64,000 bases of DNA from a virus (Duplodnaviria > Caudoviricetes). Numbering within the stretch: the first letter of the stretch is position 1; each line of letters begins with the position of its first letter. The position numbers were made by a program, and so were the translations under genes. The DNA lies in the IMG/VR virus record IMGVR_UViG_3300012662_000008, positions 64,001 through 128,000 of that record, one strand, 5' to 3'. The notes under the pieces are model-generated. The model was not told the DNA's origin. It worked only from the letters and a program-made list of their open reading frames with translations, and did no database searches. Of this stretch, positions 36,701-47,277 are shown piece after piece.

Positions 36701-37084
36701 GTTATCTGACAAATTAGCCGTGCCAACTGCACTGGCAGTGTTCTTCAAATAAGTGCTTTCAGCAAAATCCTTTGTTATATGATTTGCTTCATCACCAAAC
36801 TCTACCCAAGTCTTAGCACCATTTACTTCAGTGCACACATATTCCTTATGTGCAACGCCGATAACATCGCCTATGTTATAGGTTGCAGCGCTTGGTTTAT
36901 CAGCTTCTGTTTCAAAAGAACCTTTCCACACAAAAGCTCCTGTAAGATTGTTTACCTTTGTGTTTATCTCGTTGATTGCTCCTGTTATTGTCTTTGCACC
37001 TGTGTTAAGACTACTGTCAGTGAACAATCCTTTAATTTTACCCCAGAGATATGTAACCCCTGAGGAATCCAAGTATTTTCCCAT
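33785..37084 (-). CDS. Tail fibre/adhesin with YadA-head-like 14-aa (S/A)HAEG repeats, 1099 aa
   Basis: Long array of 'A.G..SHAEG..T' units, 'GAINE' x2, 'DAANKKYVD'. Confidence 0.85.
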   Translation of the reverse strand: MGKYLDSSGVTYLWGKIKGLFTDSSLNTGAKTITGAINEINTKVNNLTGAFVWKGSFETEADKPSAATYNIGDVIGVAHKEYVCTEVNGAKTWVEFGDEANHITKDFAESTYLKNTASAVGTANLSDNAVTSAKLAVGTRNPIILTESTTEVDEETYQKLLRDDVDVVFKMNNADFLYRFTSESVGSGLMLNFSSLVAFPKKSIENVRVQGVQVTIKHTTPHTCKVFGIDSEPSLKNLIDDAKYLNKSTLTPILKEIDLTGTDAERKAKLDQFEADWKALTGSDSLDGARFVGRLPATSTGQNNVLLTYNWADGEYKGLCSDDSYVNSSVSVSTTNGSIFITPLFQHLEAVTIKTSNSDADKAANVAAIKAYVNNLKSLGVDVTKGYMVPIVVGNNVGYMTIGSGPFYRGLYLYDLDRTTWFSVSSVDGTYSRRYVDFGSPTSNLTTTSKQIVGAINEVNAAVKTKASNIKDASSTGGINQAFDGGETLDVTSKNPNATALDSTITGALTRGATGQYASSFGGKSIAMGKRSFAEGTTTIAKGNYSHAEGDNSVALGSDSHVEGYQTTTGPSAMGAHAEGNGTQSLGAASHSEGSSTIAKGNTSHAEGADTKANGVASHAEGNGTKGDGNYSHAEGNGTSAIGSSSHAEGYITIAQGDMSHAEGALTKAIGSHSHTEGSNNTTNAGNSHAEGANNTVNNSKYTAPSGGSSGSTGSTEPSEPADFNIEEHYGEGGHAEGMYNNAYGYASHAEGAHNKSKAHYSHTEGQGNDASGEGAHAEGWGTIASGAHSHSEGQGTKAIGDNAHAEGNGSKATGSGSHAEGSGTAQGDNAHAEGASIANNSNAHAEGLSTTASGNGAHSEGNYAQATNNAAHAEGVHTTANGDGSHTEGWYTTAKNRAEHAEGFFNFSNSVSPSYYTEGNNTLHSVGIGTSDTNRKNAFEVMQNGDIYAYGVGGYDGTNAVNNASKTLKTVIESKQDKLVSGTNIKTVNGTSLLGSGNITISGGSGDITAAGNNTFTGNNTFSGETIIKNNIVFNSDGNGNIEVEQIPIGLQLGSNGSEIIVSGVATPVDTLDAANKKYVDDQITAKLGTVLTQLQNI

Positions 37085-37090
37085 ATATTT

Positions 37091-37366
37091 CTATTTTATT
37101 GCGTTATCTATCTCTGTTTCGGTAAGTGCATATGTAGCACCAATTAACTTCCAGTTGTCTAATTTTGATGCATTATCATCAGTAAGCACATATATATTTC
37201 CATCGGCAAGGCACGTTACCGCCATACCTTTATACGCAGGCATTTCTGTAGTCCATGCTGTAGTAAGGTCCGCCAATGTTTCCACTCGCATTCTTGCATC
37301 AATAGGACCCTTGGCACCAATATTAAAATTTGAGCCGAATGAAATTGCTCCTTTTATAATTCCCAT
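37091..37366 (-). CDS. Small fibre module protein
   Basis: 'PIDARMRV..LADL..YKGMAV' is paralogous to the N-terminus of 41892..43850. Confidence 0.7.
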   Translation of the reverse strand: MGIIKGAISFGSNFNIGAKGPIDARMRVETLADLTTAWTTEMPAYKGMAVTCLADGNIYVLTDDNASKLDNWKLIGATYALTETEIDNAIK

Positions 37367-37381
37367 ATTCTATTCCTCCTA

Positions 37382-39544
37382 TTATGCATTAAGTGCTTTG
37401 TTCAACGTAATCTGATAATCGGATGCTCCATTAGCGACAGTAAGATAATGATATGTAACACTAACGCCTTGAATCGTTTTTGTGAGATTCCCTGCATTCT
37501 TGTTATGGTCAGCAGCAAACTCATAGTATTTACCGTCAAGAGACTTTACCTTAAACGACGAGATTGTCCATCCATCCGGATATGCGAAACGAAAATCATT
37601 ATTTCCTGCATTGTGAGATGGAACAGAAATACTGAACGTCGCACCTGTCTGCAATGTGAGTTTCACAGTAGGCTCAGTTCCGAGTTTTCCGAGATTAGTG
37701 AAGCAAGGATATACACCGGTCCATTCAATCGTGGATGTCGCACTTGCCTTACTTGCCGTCCATGTATAAGCAGCATCTGTCTTTGTGTTTCCAAGGTTGG
37801 TAATCGGACTGTTTGTCGGGGCTGAGTAATTTGCAGACGCAGTAATAGAAACTTTATTTGTCCCTTTGGCCGTCTTTGCAGTGCCCTGTGCAATTGATGC
37901 TCCTGTTTGTTTTACATAACCAGTTGCACCGGAAGCGAGCTGTGATGTCATTGTTTCTCCACTCCAAGTAAACTTAGCAGTTGGCTGTGCAGGAGAAGCC
38001 CATCCGTTGTTATTGAAATGACCGGCAGTCTTTGAAATTGTTGCTGTACCTACATTAACTGTCTCTCCTATTTCATGAAGTCCGGACACTACAGATGTCT
38101 TTGTAATAGAAATTGTCGGCTTTGTAGCCGTGGCCGGCATAAGTTCTTTTGTGAGCATCATTTCAAGTATCTTTGACAATGATGTTCCCTTAGGAATTGT
38201 GTCCCCATTCTTGATAAGACCACAACCGTAAGTGTCACTGAGTCCTGCAACTGTTATATTCTCCGTAATTGCTATATTTGCCTTATTGTTTTCCACTGAT
38301 ATATCAGTACCAGATTCAACTGGTTTACCAGCACCTATATTCTTTCTTGCCTGCTGCTTTTGGTTATCAGTAAGTGACTGTTCTTTGTCATACCGTACCG
38401 TTTTTGCAGATATTTGAGAATCTACATTTTCTTGTGTAGCAACCTCATCCGCGAAATAGAATATAAGGTCGTCCGCTGTGGATTCGCCGGTTGCTTTCGA
38501 TGTTATTATGAGATGACGTGAACTTCTTTGCTCCACTAAATACTCATCCGGTATTGTAATTTCTAAACCTCCGCCATTAATATTAAGAACAGTAATGTTC
38601 CTCAGGGCAGGTTTTGAAAATGAAATGCCCTTCGAATTGATGAAGTGGATGTTTGCACAGTCTGACCCCAATGATATGTTAGTGCATTCGTTTTCGAATG
38701 TATTGTGCACGCATCGGTAACCGAGGGTTATTCGGTTACTTTTATTCCCAAATATGTTGTTGCTACAACTTTGTTCCAATGTTATATAGCCGCAATTGTT
38801 CCCCAATGTGTTGTTGTTACAACTGTCCCCAATTGTGTTAGATTTACAATAACTCCCCAACTTATTGCCCTTACAGTATGATTCGAATGTGTTTTTGCTA
38901 CAGTCATACCCAAGACGATTACCGTGACAGCCGTAACCGAAGCTATTCCCGATACACTTGTCGCCGAAGTAATTGTTCCAACTTTCATACGCAAAATAGT
39001 TTGTCTTACACCCCGCCCCAAAGACTGAATTGCGAGGCTTAACCACACCCGCAGAGAAAGCCTCGTTCAAATCCTTCGGGTCATAAAAGATGTTGTCTCT
39101 GTCGTCACGCAGTTTGACATTAATCTGTGCCTGAACTACTTGCTCGTTATTTAAACTCTGAGGAATAGTCCTAACATTATCATTAACTTTACCTTGCAAC
39201 AAGGTATCTAACTTTTCCTCAGTTACTGCCTCATCAGCAATCTTTTCAGTAGTAATAACACCATCTGGCAGATTATCACCATTTACAATAAAATCAGTAT
39301 TAGGTAATATTGCTATTTCCCAATATGCATTCTTTTCTAGTCCAATTGCGTTATTTTTTGCATCACTTAATATTACAGGTTTGTTTTCCTCTTTAGATAA
39401 GTGATTAGCTTTACAAACAACAACAACCTCATCTATTCTACAAAAATCTTGAACAAACTCATCGTTGAAATAATGTTGGTCCTCTTTTCATTCTCCAGAC
39501 CAACGAAAGGATTTTCCTTTTTTATTTATATTACTCTGTATCAT
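37382..39544 (-). CDS. Tail fibre-like protein with Cys-rich 11-aa beta-helix repeats, 720 aa, 1 TGA
   Basis: Extends upstream of the ORF-track start through TGA 39488. 'C..N.(F/L)G..' repeats. N-domain paralogous to 45442..46362. Confidence 0.75.
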
Positions 39545-40782
39545 TATTTTATTGCGTTATCTATATCGGTTGTTGTTAAGGATTCCACTGTTGGTATTGC
39601 TGTCTTGAGGGCGTATTTGTTGGAAAGGAGTGCTCCGTTTTCCAAAAGACTAGGAGCGTCCACAGCGCCAACAAATGTACTCTTTGCATTAGCATCAATA
39701 GTGTATATAGTTCCAAGCTTTGCCACACTTGAATATGCGCTGTAACACGTTTCGCCAAAAGCAAAAAGTTTACTAATGTTTAAACTAGAATATGTTGGGA
39801 ATGCAATTGTGTCCATTCCAAAAATAAGCTCTACTCTCTCAGCTTGACTGTCGGCATTGCAATGAGTGTAAAAAAGTGGAACATTAATTACATTTCATCC
39901 ACTTCATCCAGATATTGGCTGCTTTGTGGCTAGTTCTATAAACGTATCTTGTGCTCCTCATGTGTTTCTTCTAATAGTACATCAGCAATTTTTACAACTA
40001 TTTGTTGTTACATACATTATGAATTTTCGTATACCAGTATATAGATAACCATTAAAATTATATAATGTAATCCTTAGTCTATCTTGTGTTGTTTTTGTAT
40101 CTGACACATCTTTTTTACCACAGCGGAAACTGGAATTATAGTATGTTGTTGAAACTAAGTTTGTTTTGTCTGCGTCAGAAGCATTGTAGTCAACTCAGGT
40201 TGTGCCCCCATCTGTTGAATACTCAATTTTAATACAATTTGGATTAAGAAAGTCAAGACGATTTGCTGTTAATTGTGTAACCATAGCTGCGTCTACTGGG
40301 GATACGGCATCTGTTATGTTTCTACCACCCCACTTTAGATTTGCCTCATATAATCCACTGGTAAACTTGTCGTTAAGTATCTTCCCCTGTGCAGCATCCA
40401 ACGCAGTACCGGTACTTGTTGTGGTAAGGTTGTTCGTTATGGTTGTTTTGTTGGCTCCAGTAGCAATTCCTGACAGTTTCGTTTTTTCCGCCGTAGTATA
40501 ATCGTTTGTGGAAAGTCCTTTTCCAGATTCTTTCTTTACATAAGTATCAGCAATAACTGCCCCATTTCCATCTTGTGTTGCTTTTTTAACACTGAGTTCA
40601 GATTCTAGTTTACTACCACCACCTCCCAAGAGGACGTAGTCATCTGTTAAGTTATTCTCTATAAGATATAGATTGTCGGGATCGTATTTATAAGTAACTC
40701 CCGCTTTTGTTATCTGTCCTTGTTCTTTCAGAGTAGCAAAATCAGTGCTACTAATTTTAAAAATTTTATTTAACTTTCCCAT
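39544..40782 (-). CDS. Tail fibre protein, 412 aa, 5 TGA
   Basis: 'GKGLSTNDYT..EK.KL', 'IEYSTDGGTT-W', 'ISG-W-SG-W-N'. Confidence 0.75.
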
Positions 40783-40794
40783 ATTGTTTTATAT

Positions 40795-40823
40795 AAAAAA
40801 CCTCCCTCCCGAAGGAAGGAGGG
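40795..40823 (-). terminator. Intrinsic terminator
   Basis: CCTCCTTCC-TTCG-GGAGGGAGG-TTTTTT. Confidence 0.8.
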
Positions 40824-40896
40824 CGCCGCAAAACAGTAGTAGTGCACTAGCACACGGCCGAAGCCGGATACTTCACTCAGTGATATACTAACGGCG
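40824..40896 (-). ncRNA. Candidate multi-stem structured RNA
   Basis: Closing CGCCGU/GCGGCG and UAGUA/UACUA stems enclose three hairpins, one with a UUCG loop. Confidence 0.45.
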
Positions 40897-40900
40897 AATA

Positions 40901-41659
40901 TTATATTGTTATATATTTTTCTTGTGTTCTATTTAGAGTACGAAATCTAAAAAGTCCAAAACAAAATCCATCTGAGAGTATTTCTGGCCTAATTTTTTCC
41001 AGATACGTCTGATCGTGTATTGTGTTATCAAATGGTATGGCGTAATCGCATATATACTTACTAAGATATGCTTGATTAAAACAAATAGCAATCCTAATTT
41101 TAATAAATGGAGGGTAGTCTTCATTAAAACTATTCTGTGTATCATTATTATAAAAATAATTTCACATGTTTTTTTTGTGATTTATTCAGCTAAAATGTGT
41201 GCTGGCATTAAAAATTGTATCTTTTATATATTGTATTCCAAAATCATACACAGATTTTTCTGGAGTCATTTGCTGGATTAAAATCGTTTTTCAGGCAGTG
41301 CCACCACTACTCCCACTATATTCTAATCTACTATTTTTTTGCCTGTACGCATCTGTGTATTCAGGATGGCCTGGTTGCCTATCATAAGTTATTGCAGATC
41401 TATTGCATCTAACTTGCAAACACAGATACATATTATTTTCTAATAATGTTTTATAAAAAGGTAAGCTAACGTTGCCTCCATTAAATTCTGAGCAGTCCTC
41501 TTTAAAAGAATCAATCGTTACTGTAATTCTATTTTTATCAAACGTCACAAATTTAATAAATTTATCCGAAAATTCCAAAGGTTTTTGTCTAGTTTTTGTG
41601 TCAATTTGTTTTCCGGTCTCTAACTTCACAGAAGACCCACCTAAACTCATCGTAAACAT
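40901..41659 (-). CDS. Hypothetical protein, 252 aa, 3 TGA
   Basis: Readthrough from 41291 to TAA 40901. Confidence 0.6.
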
Positions 41660-41829
41660 TATGTAAGATCTATTATTTCAATTCCACCCTTGGCTATCTG
41701 TACGCCACCTTTGTCTGTACCAAGCCAAACGCCCTCTATTCCATCTGTGTCAAAAAATAATTGCCCTGCAGTAAGTTTTTTAACTTTTGTTTCTGTGTAG
41801 GGACCTTTTAAAAATTGTACTGTTTCCAT
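41659..41829 (-). CDS. Small fibre-anchor-like protein, 56 aa
   Basis: 'VQFLKG..AGQLFFDTD' resembles the N-terminus of 43863..45416. Confidence 0.55.
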   Translation of the reverse strand: METVQFLKGPYTETKVKKLTAGQLFFDTDGIEGVWLGTDKGGVQIAKGGIEIIDLT

Positions 41830-41891
41830 ATTTTAATATTTTAAGAAATTGGAACTCTACGTTCCGATCAAGGAGCGTAGAGTTAATTGTT

Positions 41892-43850
41892 TTAGATTTC
41901 TGTCCAAGTAAGAGCATCATCAACATATTTTTTGTTAACTGCTGAATCATCTCCTTCTGGTGTTGCTATTCCGATGAGTTTAACGGAATTTGTTCCATTT
42001 AAAATCCGCAAATTACCGCCAGGAAGATACTGTATGTAAATATTTTCCTCGCCCGTTCTCTGTAACACAATTCGGTCTGCTGAATCTGCGTCATTTATAG
42101 CAATAGGAGCATCAACTAAAACAGAATCGTGTTTGCCGTCCTTTAAACTATATTTAACAATATCATCAGAACTTAATGCCGCAGCTGTACCTAACCCAGC
42201 AACAGTACCAGTAAGTTTCTTGTCTGTTCCTACGGTGAAATTAACTGCTCCAGTTGCCGTTTTTCCAGAATCAACAGTAATTGCACCTTTTTGCCCACCA
42301 AAAGTTGTGACGCCAGTGTCAATTGCACCGACTTTTGTATCAACATATGCTTTATTTGCTGCATCGGTATCAACTTCTGGGGAGGCAATACCCATGAGCA
42401 CAACATTTTCTTCGTGTTCTGGATCTGCATTAAGTAATAATGCCGAACTCCCATTATTCCTTGAGGAGGATTTTTGGATTGTTATTCCGTTTTGTCCTAA
42501 CTCAATTTTTCCATTTTTTGTCTTGAAGTTCCCCTCAATGTCTACATCCTTTCCATTCGCTTCAAACTGTACTGAATTATCTGCCTTTCCAAGCGACGCC
42601 TGTACATCAGTTGCCAACTTAGCCTTAGTTACTGCGCCATCAGCAATATTCGCCTCAGCGATTGCCTCGCCAACAATCGTTGCTTTAAGTTTTGCGTTTG
42701 TATCAGAAGTTCCCTTAGTAATACTAAGCTGTACACCTTTTTGTACAGTCTCAAAACCAATATCACCTTTTTGGGTATCAATAGAAGTAACACCAGCAGC
42801 GGCCGCAGATGAAGCTGCACTTTTTGCTTCGGTTACACCAGCCTCAAGTTTTCCAAGAGCTGCACCAAGTGAATCAGTGGTTTTAACAGCGGTGTATTCA
42901 TCTGCCTTACTGTAGTTTGAAATTATTATATCAGCAATTACGCCGTAGCTTGCGGTAATTTTACCATCTGTTTGCGAAACACTTTTTACAATATAATTTG
43001 CTGATTTAGGCGGCGTCCCGACGTTCATATCAGTCTTTAATGCATATCCAGAAAGATCAACCGTACCACCGAGAGCGTCCCAGTGCGCAACTTTATGTGC
43101 TTCAGGCGCATCTTCAGCCGTTTCTGCTGGCGCCCAAACAACATTTGTTCCTGCTGGGTAAGGTTTTGATTCGAGTGTAAACGCATTTTGAACGTTATAG
43201 ACATCTCCAACTGAGTTGTTAGCAGCAGCAGGAAGATCTGCGAAATTTGCAACACAGCCCTTTACTTTATATGCAGAAGCAACTGCGGTATCAATTGCAG
43301 CCTTAACTGCGCCTCCTGTTACGAGATTTGCATCACTAGCTTTAACCTCTGTAGAAACACCCTTGTAAGCTGCGCCTGCAAGACCCTTTACGGCAACATC
43401 TGTTGCTGCTCCTGTTCCAGTAGTTACTGAAATTGTACCATTAGCAGTTCCCGATGCAACTTTACGAACTGCATTTGTAGCGAGTGTCCCTTGTGCTGCA
43501 GTAGCGAATCCCTCAGTGCGCTCTTTGAAAGATTTAAGATCAGAAGCAGCCGTATCAGCGGTGCTTTTTACTGCAGTAATCTGCTCCTGAAGGTCTGAAA
43601 TATCCCCAGAAACATCACCAATCTTTTTCCATCCAGCAGCTTGTGCTACCTTGGTCGTATCTGTAAGTACATATATTGCATGTTCGTCGTTAACAACAAC
43701 CATCATGCCCTCATATATTGCCGTACCAAAAGAGTTGTACAGATCTGCTACAGAAGCAACTACTACCCTATCATCAAGCGGCTGCGCACCGGTCTGGTTA
43801 ATTGCGGACGCTAACTTAATATTTCCTGTAAACTTTTTACTCATATTCAA
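41892..43850 (-). CDS. Tail/head fibre protein, 652 aa
   Basis: 'VGDVYNV..AGTNVVW..WDALGG.VDLS.Y', 'DAANKAYVD'. Confidence 0.75.
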   Translation of the reverse strand: MNMSKKFTGNIKLASAINQTGAQPLDDRVVVASVADLYNSFGTAIYEGMMVVVNDEHAIYVLTDTTKVAQAAGWKKIGDVSGDISDLQEQITAVKSTADTAASDLKSFKERTEGFATAAQGTLATNAVRKVASGTANGTISVTTGTGAATDVAVKGLAGAAYKGVSTEVKASDANLVTGGAVKAAIDTAVASAYKVKGCVANFADLPAAANNSVGDVYNVQNAFTLESKPYPAGTNVVWAPAETAEDAPEAHKVAHWDALGGTVDLSGYALKTDMNVGTPPKSANYIVKSVSQTDGKITASYGVIADIIISNYSKADEYTAVKTTDSLGAALGKLEAGVTEAKSAASSAAAAGVTSIDTQKGDIGFETVQKGVQLSITKGTSDTNAKLKATIVGEAIAEANIADGAVTKAKLATDVQASLGKADNSVQFEANGKDVDIEGNFKTKNGKIELGQNGITIQKSSSRNNGSSALLLNADPEHEENVVLMGIASPEVDTDAANKAYVDTKVGAIDTGVTTFGGQKGAITVDSGKTATGAVNFTVGTDKKLTGTVAGLGTAAALSSDDIVKYSLKDGKHDSVLVDAPIAINDADSADRIVLQRTGEENIYIQYLPGGNLRILNGTNSVKLIGIATPEGDDSAVNKKYVDDALTWTEI

Positions 43851-43862
43851 TTCCTCCTATAA

Positions 43863-45416
43863 TTAACCAATTGTGAAATTAACTCTATTCGAACCTTCGG
43901 TACCCTTGTACTCCCAAGCGTAATAAGTTGCAGTCGTATCTCCTGTAGCTTTTGTTATTGCAGTTGTATTCTTTACAAACTTAGAAAGTACATCGATATC
44001 ATACTTTGCAGTAAGTCCGTTAAGTGCTTTTGCTGATTTAATTGATTTGCTTGAGTGTAACAGAATTCTGTAACCAGTTCCACCAGCCACTTGTGCAGCG
44101 AACGCTACTCCAAAAGTTGTGTTATTTGCGACAAGAGGAAGCTTCGTAGTGTCGGCAGTAGCAGTAACTGTCGGGGTCGATGTGTCTGAAGTGCCTGAAG
44201 AGGCTCCATTTGTATATATCGGATAATACGCTTTAACTGTAGCACTCTTTGTGCTGGTAAGTGCTTTATTTGAGAAATGTGTAGTCTCTACCGCTTTGCT
44301 TGTTCCCTCTACTTTTTCCTTCGTGTTAGTTGCTGCATAAACTGTCTTTGCTGTAAACGCAGTAGGAACAGCAGTAACTCCGGCATTGCTAACAGAAAGA
44401 ACATTATCACCTTCTGCAGCAGCATATGCTGTACCACTTGTTGCAGCTACAGCCGTAGCAGAACCAAGTTTTATTGTAGCAGTAGCAGCAGCAGTTCCAG
44501 TAGTTGTACCAGCCTTTGTTTCGGTGTAAGCTCCGGACTGAAATTTGTTGTCTACGAAAACACCGTATGTACCAGAAATAGTAACCTTTGATGAATTTCC
44601 GGAAACGGCAGTACCAGCAGCAAAAGTAGCAGTAAGGTCCTTTCCAACCTCGACTGTTGCTGAACTACCAAGGGAGGCAGTAGGTGCTGCAATAGATGGG
44701 CTCCAAGTATAACTTGCAGAAAGTGTACCATTCTGCTTCTTTAAGAAAAGACCTTCAAGAATTTCTGCAAGAGACTTTCCTTCAGGAATAATTTTATTTC
44801 CCGCGTCATCAGTCCAAGGCCAAGTATCGCCAGTCTCTTGTACGTTATTTGCAAGTGGTCCTCCAGCAATTGTAATTGCTTTTCCAAGAGCGACATCCAC
44901 ATGTACCTTCTTATCTACAATTTTTGCTGCTGTATCAGTACCATCTTCAACTCCTGTAACAGGCACCGTAACAGTAGGGATATCAACACTTGCAGAAAGA
45001 CCAGTAGCAGTCTTTGTGAGCACCACGTTTCCTGCATCTTCTCCAGATGCGATATCCAATGTAACCTTTGCTGCTGTCCCAGTTTTGCTAGCTGAAATCG
45101 CGTGCTTTCCGTCTGCCGCATCACCAGAAATTGTTTCGAGCTTCTTTGCAAGCTCGGCTGCCATTGCAGTTGCAGATGCAACATCAGAAAGATCTACTAC
45201 AACATCTGCTGTACCATCACTAAACTTAATTGTAAGCTTTTTGTCTACAAGTGTTGCATCAGCAACCTTTCCTCCATAAACTGTTGGTGTCGCTGTACCA
45301 GCTCCCAACATTATCTGTTTTTTGTTCTCATCGAAATAAATCGCACCGGCTTCATAAGTACTAGGGTAGGTAGGATTTTCTTTCTTTGTGATTTTAATAA
45401 ATTTTACGTTTGCCAT
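43863..45416 (-). CDS. Fibre protein with Ig-like C-terminal domains, 517 aa
   Basis: T/A-rich. 'IPEGKSLAEILE' is shared with 37382..39544. Confidence 0.7.
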   Translation of the reverse strand: MANVKFIKITKKENPTYPSTYEAGAIYFDENKKQIMLGAGTATPTVYGGKVADATLVDKKLTIKFSDGTADVVVDLSDVASATAMAAELAKKLETISGDAADGKHAISASKTGTAAKVTLDIASGEDAGNVVLTKTATGLSASVDIPTVTVPVTGVEDGTDTAAKIVDKKVHVDVALGKAITIAGGPLANNVQETGDTWPWTDDAGNKIIPEGKSLAEILEGLFLKKQNGTLSASYTWSPSIAAPTASLGSSATVEVGKDLTATFAAGTAVSGNSSKVTISGTYGVFVDNKFQSGAYTETKAGTTTGTAAATATIKLGSATAVAATSGTAYAAAEGDNVLSVSNAGVTAVPTAFTAKTVYAATNTKEKVEGTSKAVETTHFSNKALTSTKSATVKAYYPIYTNGASSGTSDTSTPTVTATADTTKLPLVANNTTFGVAFAAQVAGGTGYRILLHSSKSIKSAKALNGLTAKYDIDVLSKFVKNTTAITKATGDTTATYYAWEYKGTEGSNRVNFTIG

Positions 45417-45441
45417 AAAATAAATTTAAAAATAAAAATAT

Positions 45442-46362
45442 CTATTTAACAGGTTTCCCTGTTTCGTCTGTCCATGTTAAATTTTTATCAATTTCAGTAA
45501 CTCGCGCATCTATTTTTGTAACAGCTTCATCAACCATTTCAAAAGTAGTTTCAAGAGGAGTTATTCTAGCAGAAAGACTATTAATTGCTTTTGTAATAAC
45601 TTTATTTTGTACTGCTTTCTCAGATGTTTCAGATAATTCAGTATCAAAAGTTATTTTTGCCTGTAAGTCCTTGCTAAGTTTAGCCTCAGTAACAGCATTG
45701 TCGACTATTCTGCCAGTGTCTATTGTAAGATCCCCAACGGTATCTTTTAGCTCAGTTAACCTATCATCAACTCTCGTTATTTCAGCACGTAACGAGCTAG
45801 CCGTATCGTCAACATAACCTTTTATAACTTTATTTTGTATTGGGTTTGTCGACGTATCACTAACTTTATCATCCGTTGGTAAAATCTTTGCTGAAAGCGC
45901 AGAGACAGCCTCATCAACAGTTGCCGTAACTTCTTCCTGCGAAACAGCACCAATATTTATTCTGGCTCGCAATTTTTGCACATCTTCTAAGTGCTGCTCA
46001 ATATCGAACCTAACCGCACTGTTGGAGCTACCTCCACCACCAACTAATGAAATCTGCCAATATTTCGTATTTTCTAGACCTATGACATTTCCTTTGCCGT
46101 CATATTTAAGAACTGGCTTGTTGTTCTCACTAGAAAGATGCGAAACTTCACAGATGCACATAGCACCTTCAATTGAAACAAAATCAACTATATATTCGTC
46201 ATTAAAATAATGCTCTCCAGCTTTTCAATATCCGGCTCATCTAAAAGATTTGCCTTTGTAGTATTTCCTGGTAACATCATTTCCCATAATTCCAGAAAGA
46301 GCGGTACTTTTATTTTGTGTACTCCTTTCTAGATTGTTATCGATTTTAATTCCATTCAACAT
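45442..46362 (-). CDS. Fibre-base/coiled-coil structural protein, 306 aa, 2 TGA
   Basis: GKSFR-W-AGY-W-K..HYFND, 'S.TS.NPIQNKVI' x2. Confidence 0.72.
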
Positions 46363-46544
46363 TACTTTAATAACTCTACAAGCATTGCTGCTGTCTTTGG
46401 ATCTGTTGCGTTATTTATATAATATATAAACGTAACAAGATTCATAATTCGATTCATTCGCTTTTTGTTGAACGGGTATCCAATTAAAAGATCATTCAGC
46501 TCTTCAGAAAAGAGCTCCTCAAACTCTTTATATATTTCATTCAT
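46362..46544 (-). CDS. Small conserved protein
   Basis: TAATG-coupled on both sides. Confidence 0.55.
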   Translation of the reverse strand: MNEIYKEFEELFSEELNDLLIGYPFNKKRMNRIMNLVTFIYYINNATDPKTAAMLVELLK

Positions 46545-47275
46545 TATTTTCCTCCGCATCCACAATCAGAGGCAATCTTATCGTTATCACCACAGATTCC
46601 TCCGCAAGCATGTAATCGATTTAACAATTGCAATGCCTTCTTTATTTCCCCACTCTGCGTGTAATAGTCAATAACTAACATTGCAGACAGAAGAAAATCT
46701 CTTTTATAGTTATCAACACCAGTGGAACAAGTAAAATCACAACCTTTTTTCAAAATATCATCAATCGATGCTTTCTGCGCAGCGAAAAGGCATTTCTGTA
46801 ACTTGCAAGTAACAAGACCGAGTTTCTCACCAATAAAAATTTCCTGGAATCTATCGTGTGCACTATCATATAATGCCATATAATCAGTAATTTCAGTTGG
46901 TTCAGATTCTGGAGTTTCTTTCTCCCAAACTCTATAAACACCGTCTCTATCTGCTGCTATATAAGCCCCAGAGTCATCCTCTTCATTTGGTAATACCAAT
47001 CGCCTATATACATAACAGCCGTCGTGGTCGACTTTGTACGGGAGGGACTGCTTTAATGCAGGATCCCCCTCGTCCATAAAAAGTCTAATATTTACAAAAA
47101 TAGGTTCAGATTCATCACCGTTCACATCAACTTCTGTAATAAACTCACAAAAGCCATGGTGTTCAAACACTTTTATATCAAGAGAGTCATAGTCAGTTTT
47201 ATCATATGCAATCAAGTTGCAATCAGTGTCTGTCTCAAGCTCAAAAGAGAGCTCTGGGTACATATCGTTATTCAT
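46544..47275 (-). CDS. Conserved crAss-like protein with Cys-rich C-terminus (portal/tail hub-like)
   Basis: 'CGGIC...DCGC', directly after the portal. Confidence 0.6.
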   Translation of the reverse strand: MNNDMYPELSFELETDTDCNLIAYDKTDYDSLDIKVFEHHGFCEFITEVDVNGDESEPIFVNIRLFMDEGDPALKQSLPYKVDHDGCYVYRRLVLPNEEDDSGAYIAADRDGVYRVWEKETPESEPTEITDYMALYDSAHDRFQEIFIGEKLGLVTCKLQKCLFAAQKASIDDILKKGCDFTCSTGVDNYKRDFLLSAMLVIDYYTQSGEIKKALQLLNRLHACGGICGDNDKIASDCGCGGK

Positions 47276-47277
47276 AA

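Noticed and set aside
33785-37084. Diversity-generating retroelement target
   Set aside because: No reverse transcriptase and no TR/VR pair differing at adenines seen by eye. The repeats are protein-level 14-aa units.
40824-40896. Suppressor tRNA-Trp or hammerhead ribozyme
   Set aside because: No TTCRA T-loop, D-loop GG or 7-nt anticodon loop, and no CUGANGA plus GAAA core
42133-42915. Long plus-strand ORFs (also 610..975, 33612..34235, 61677..62273 and others)
   Set aside because: Antisense shadows of well-supported minus-strand genes
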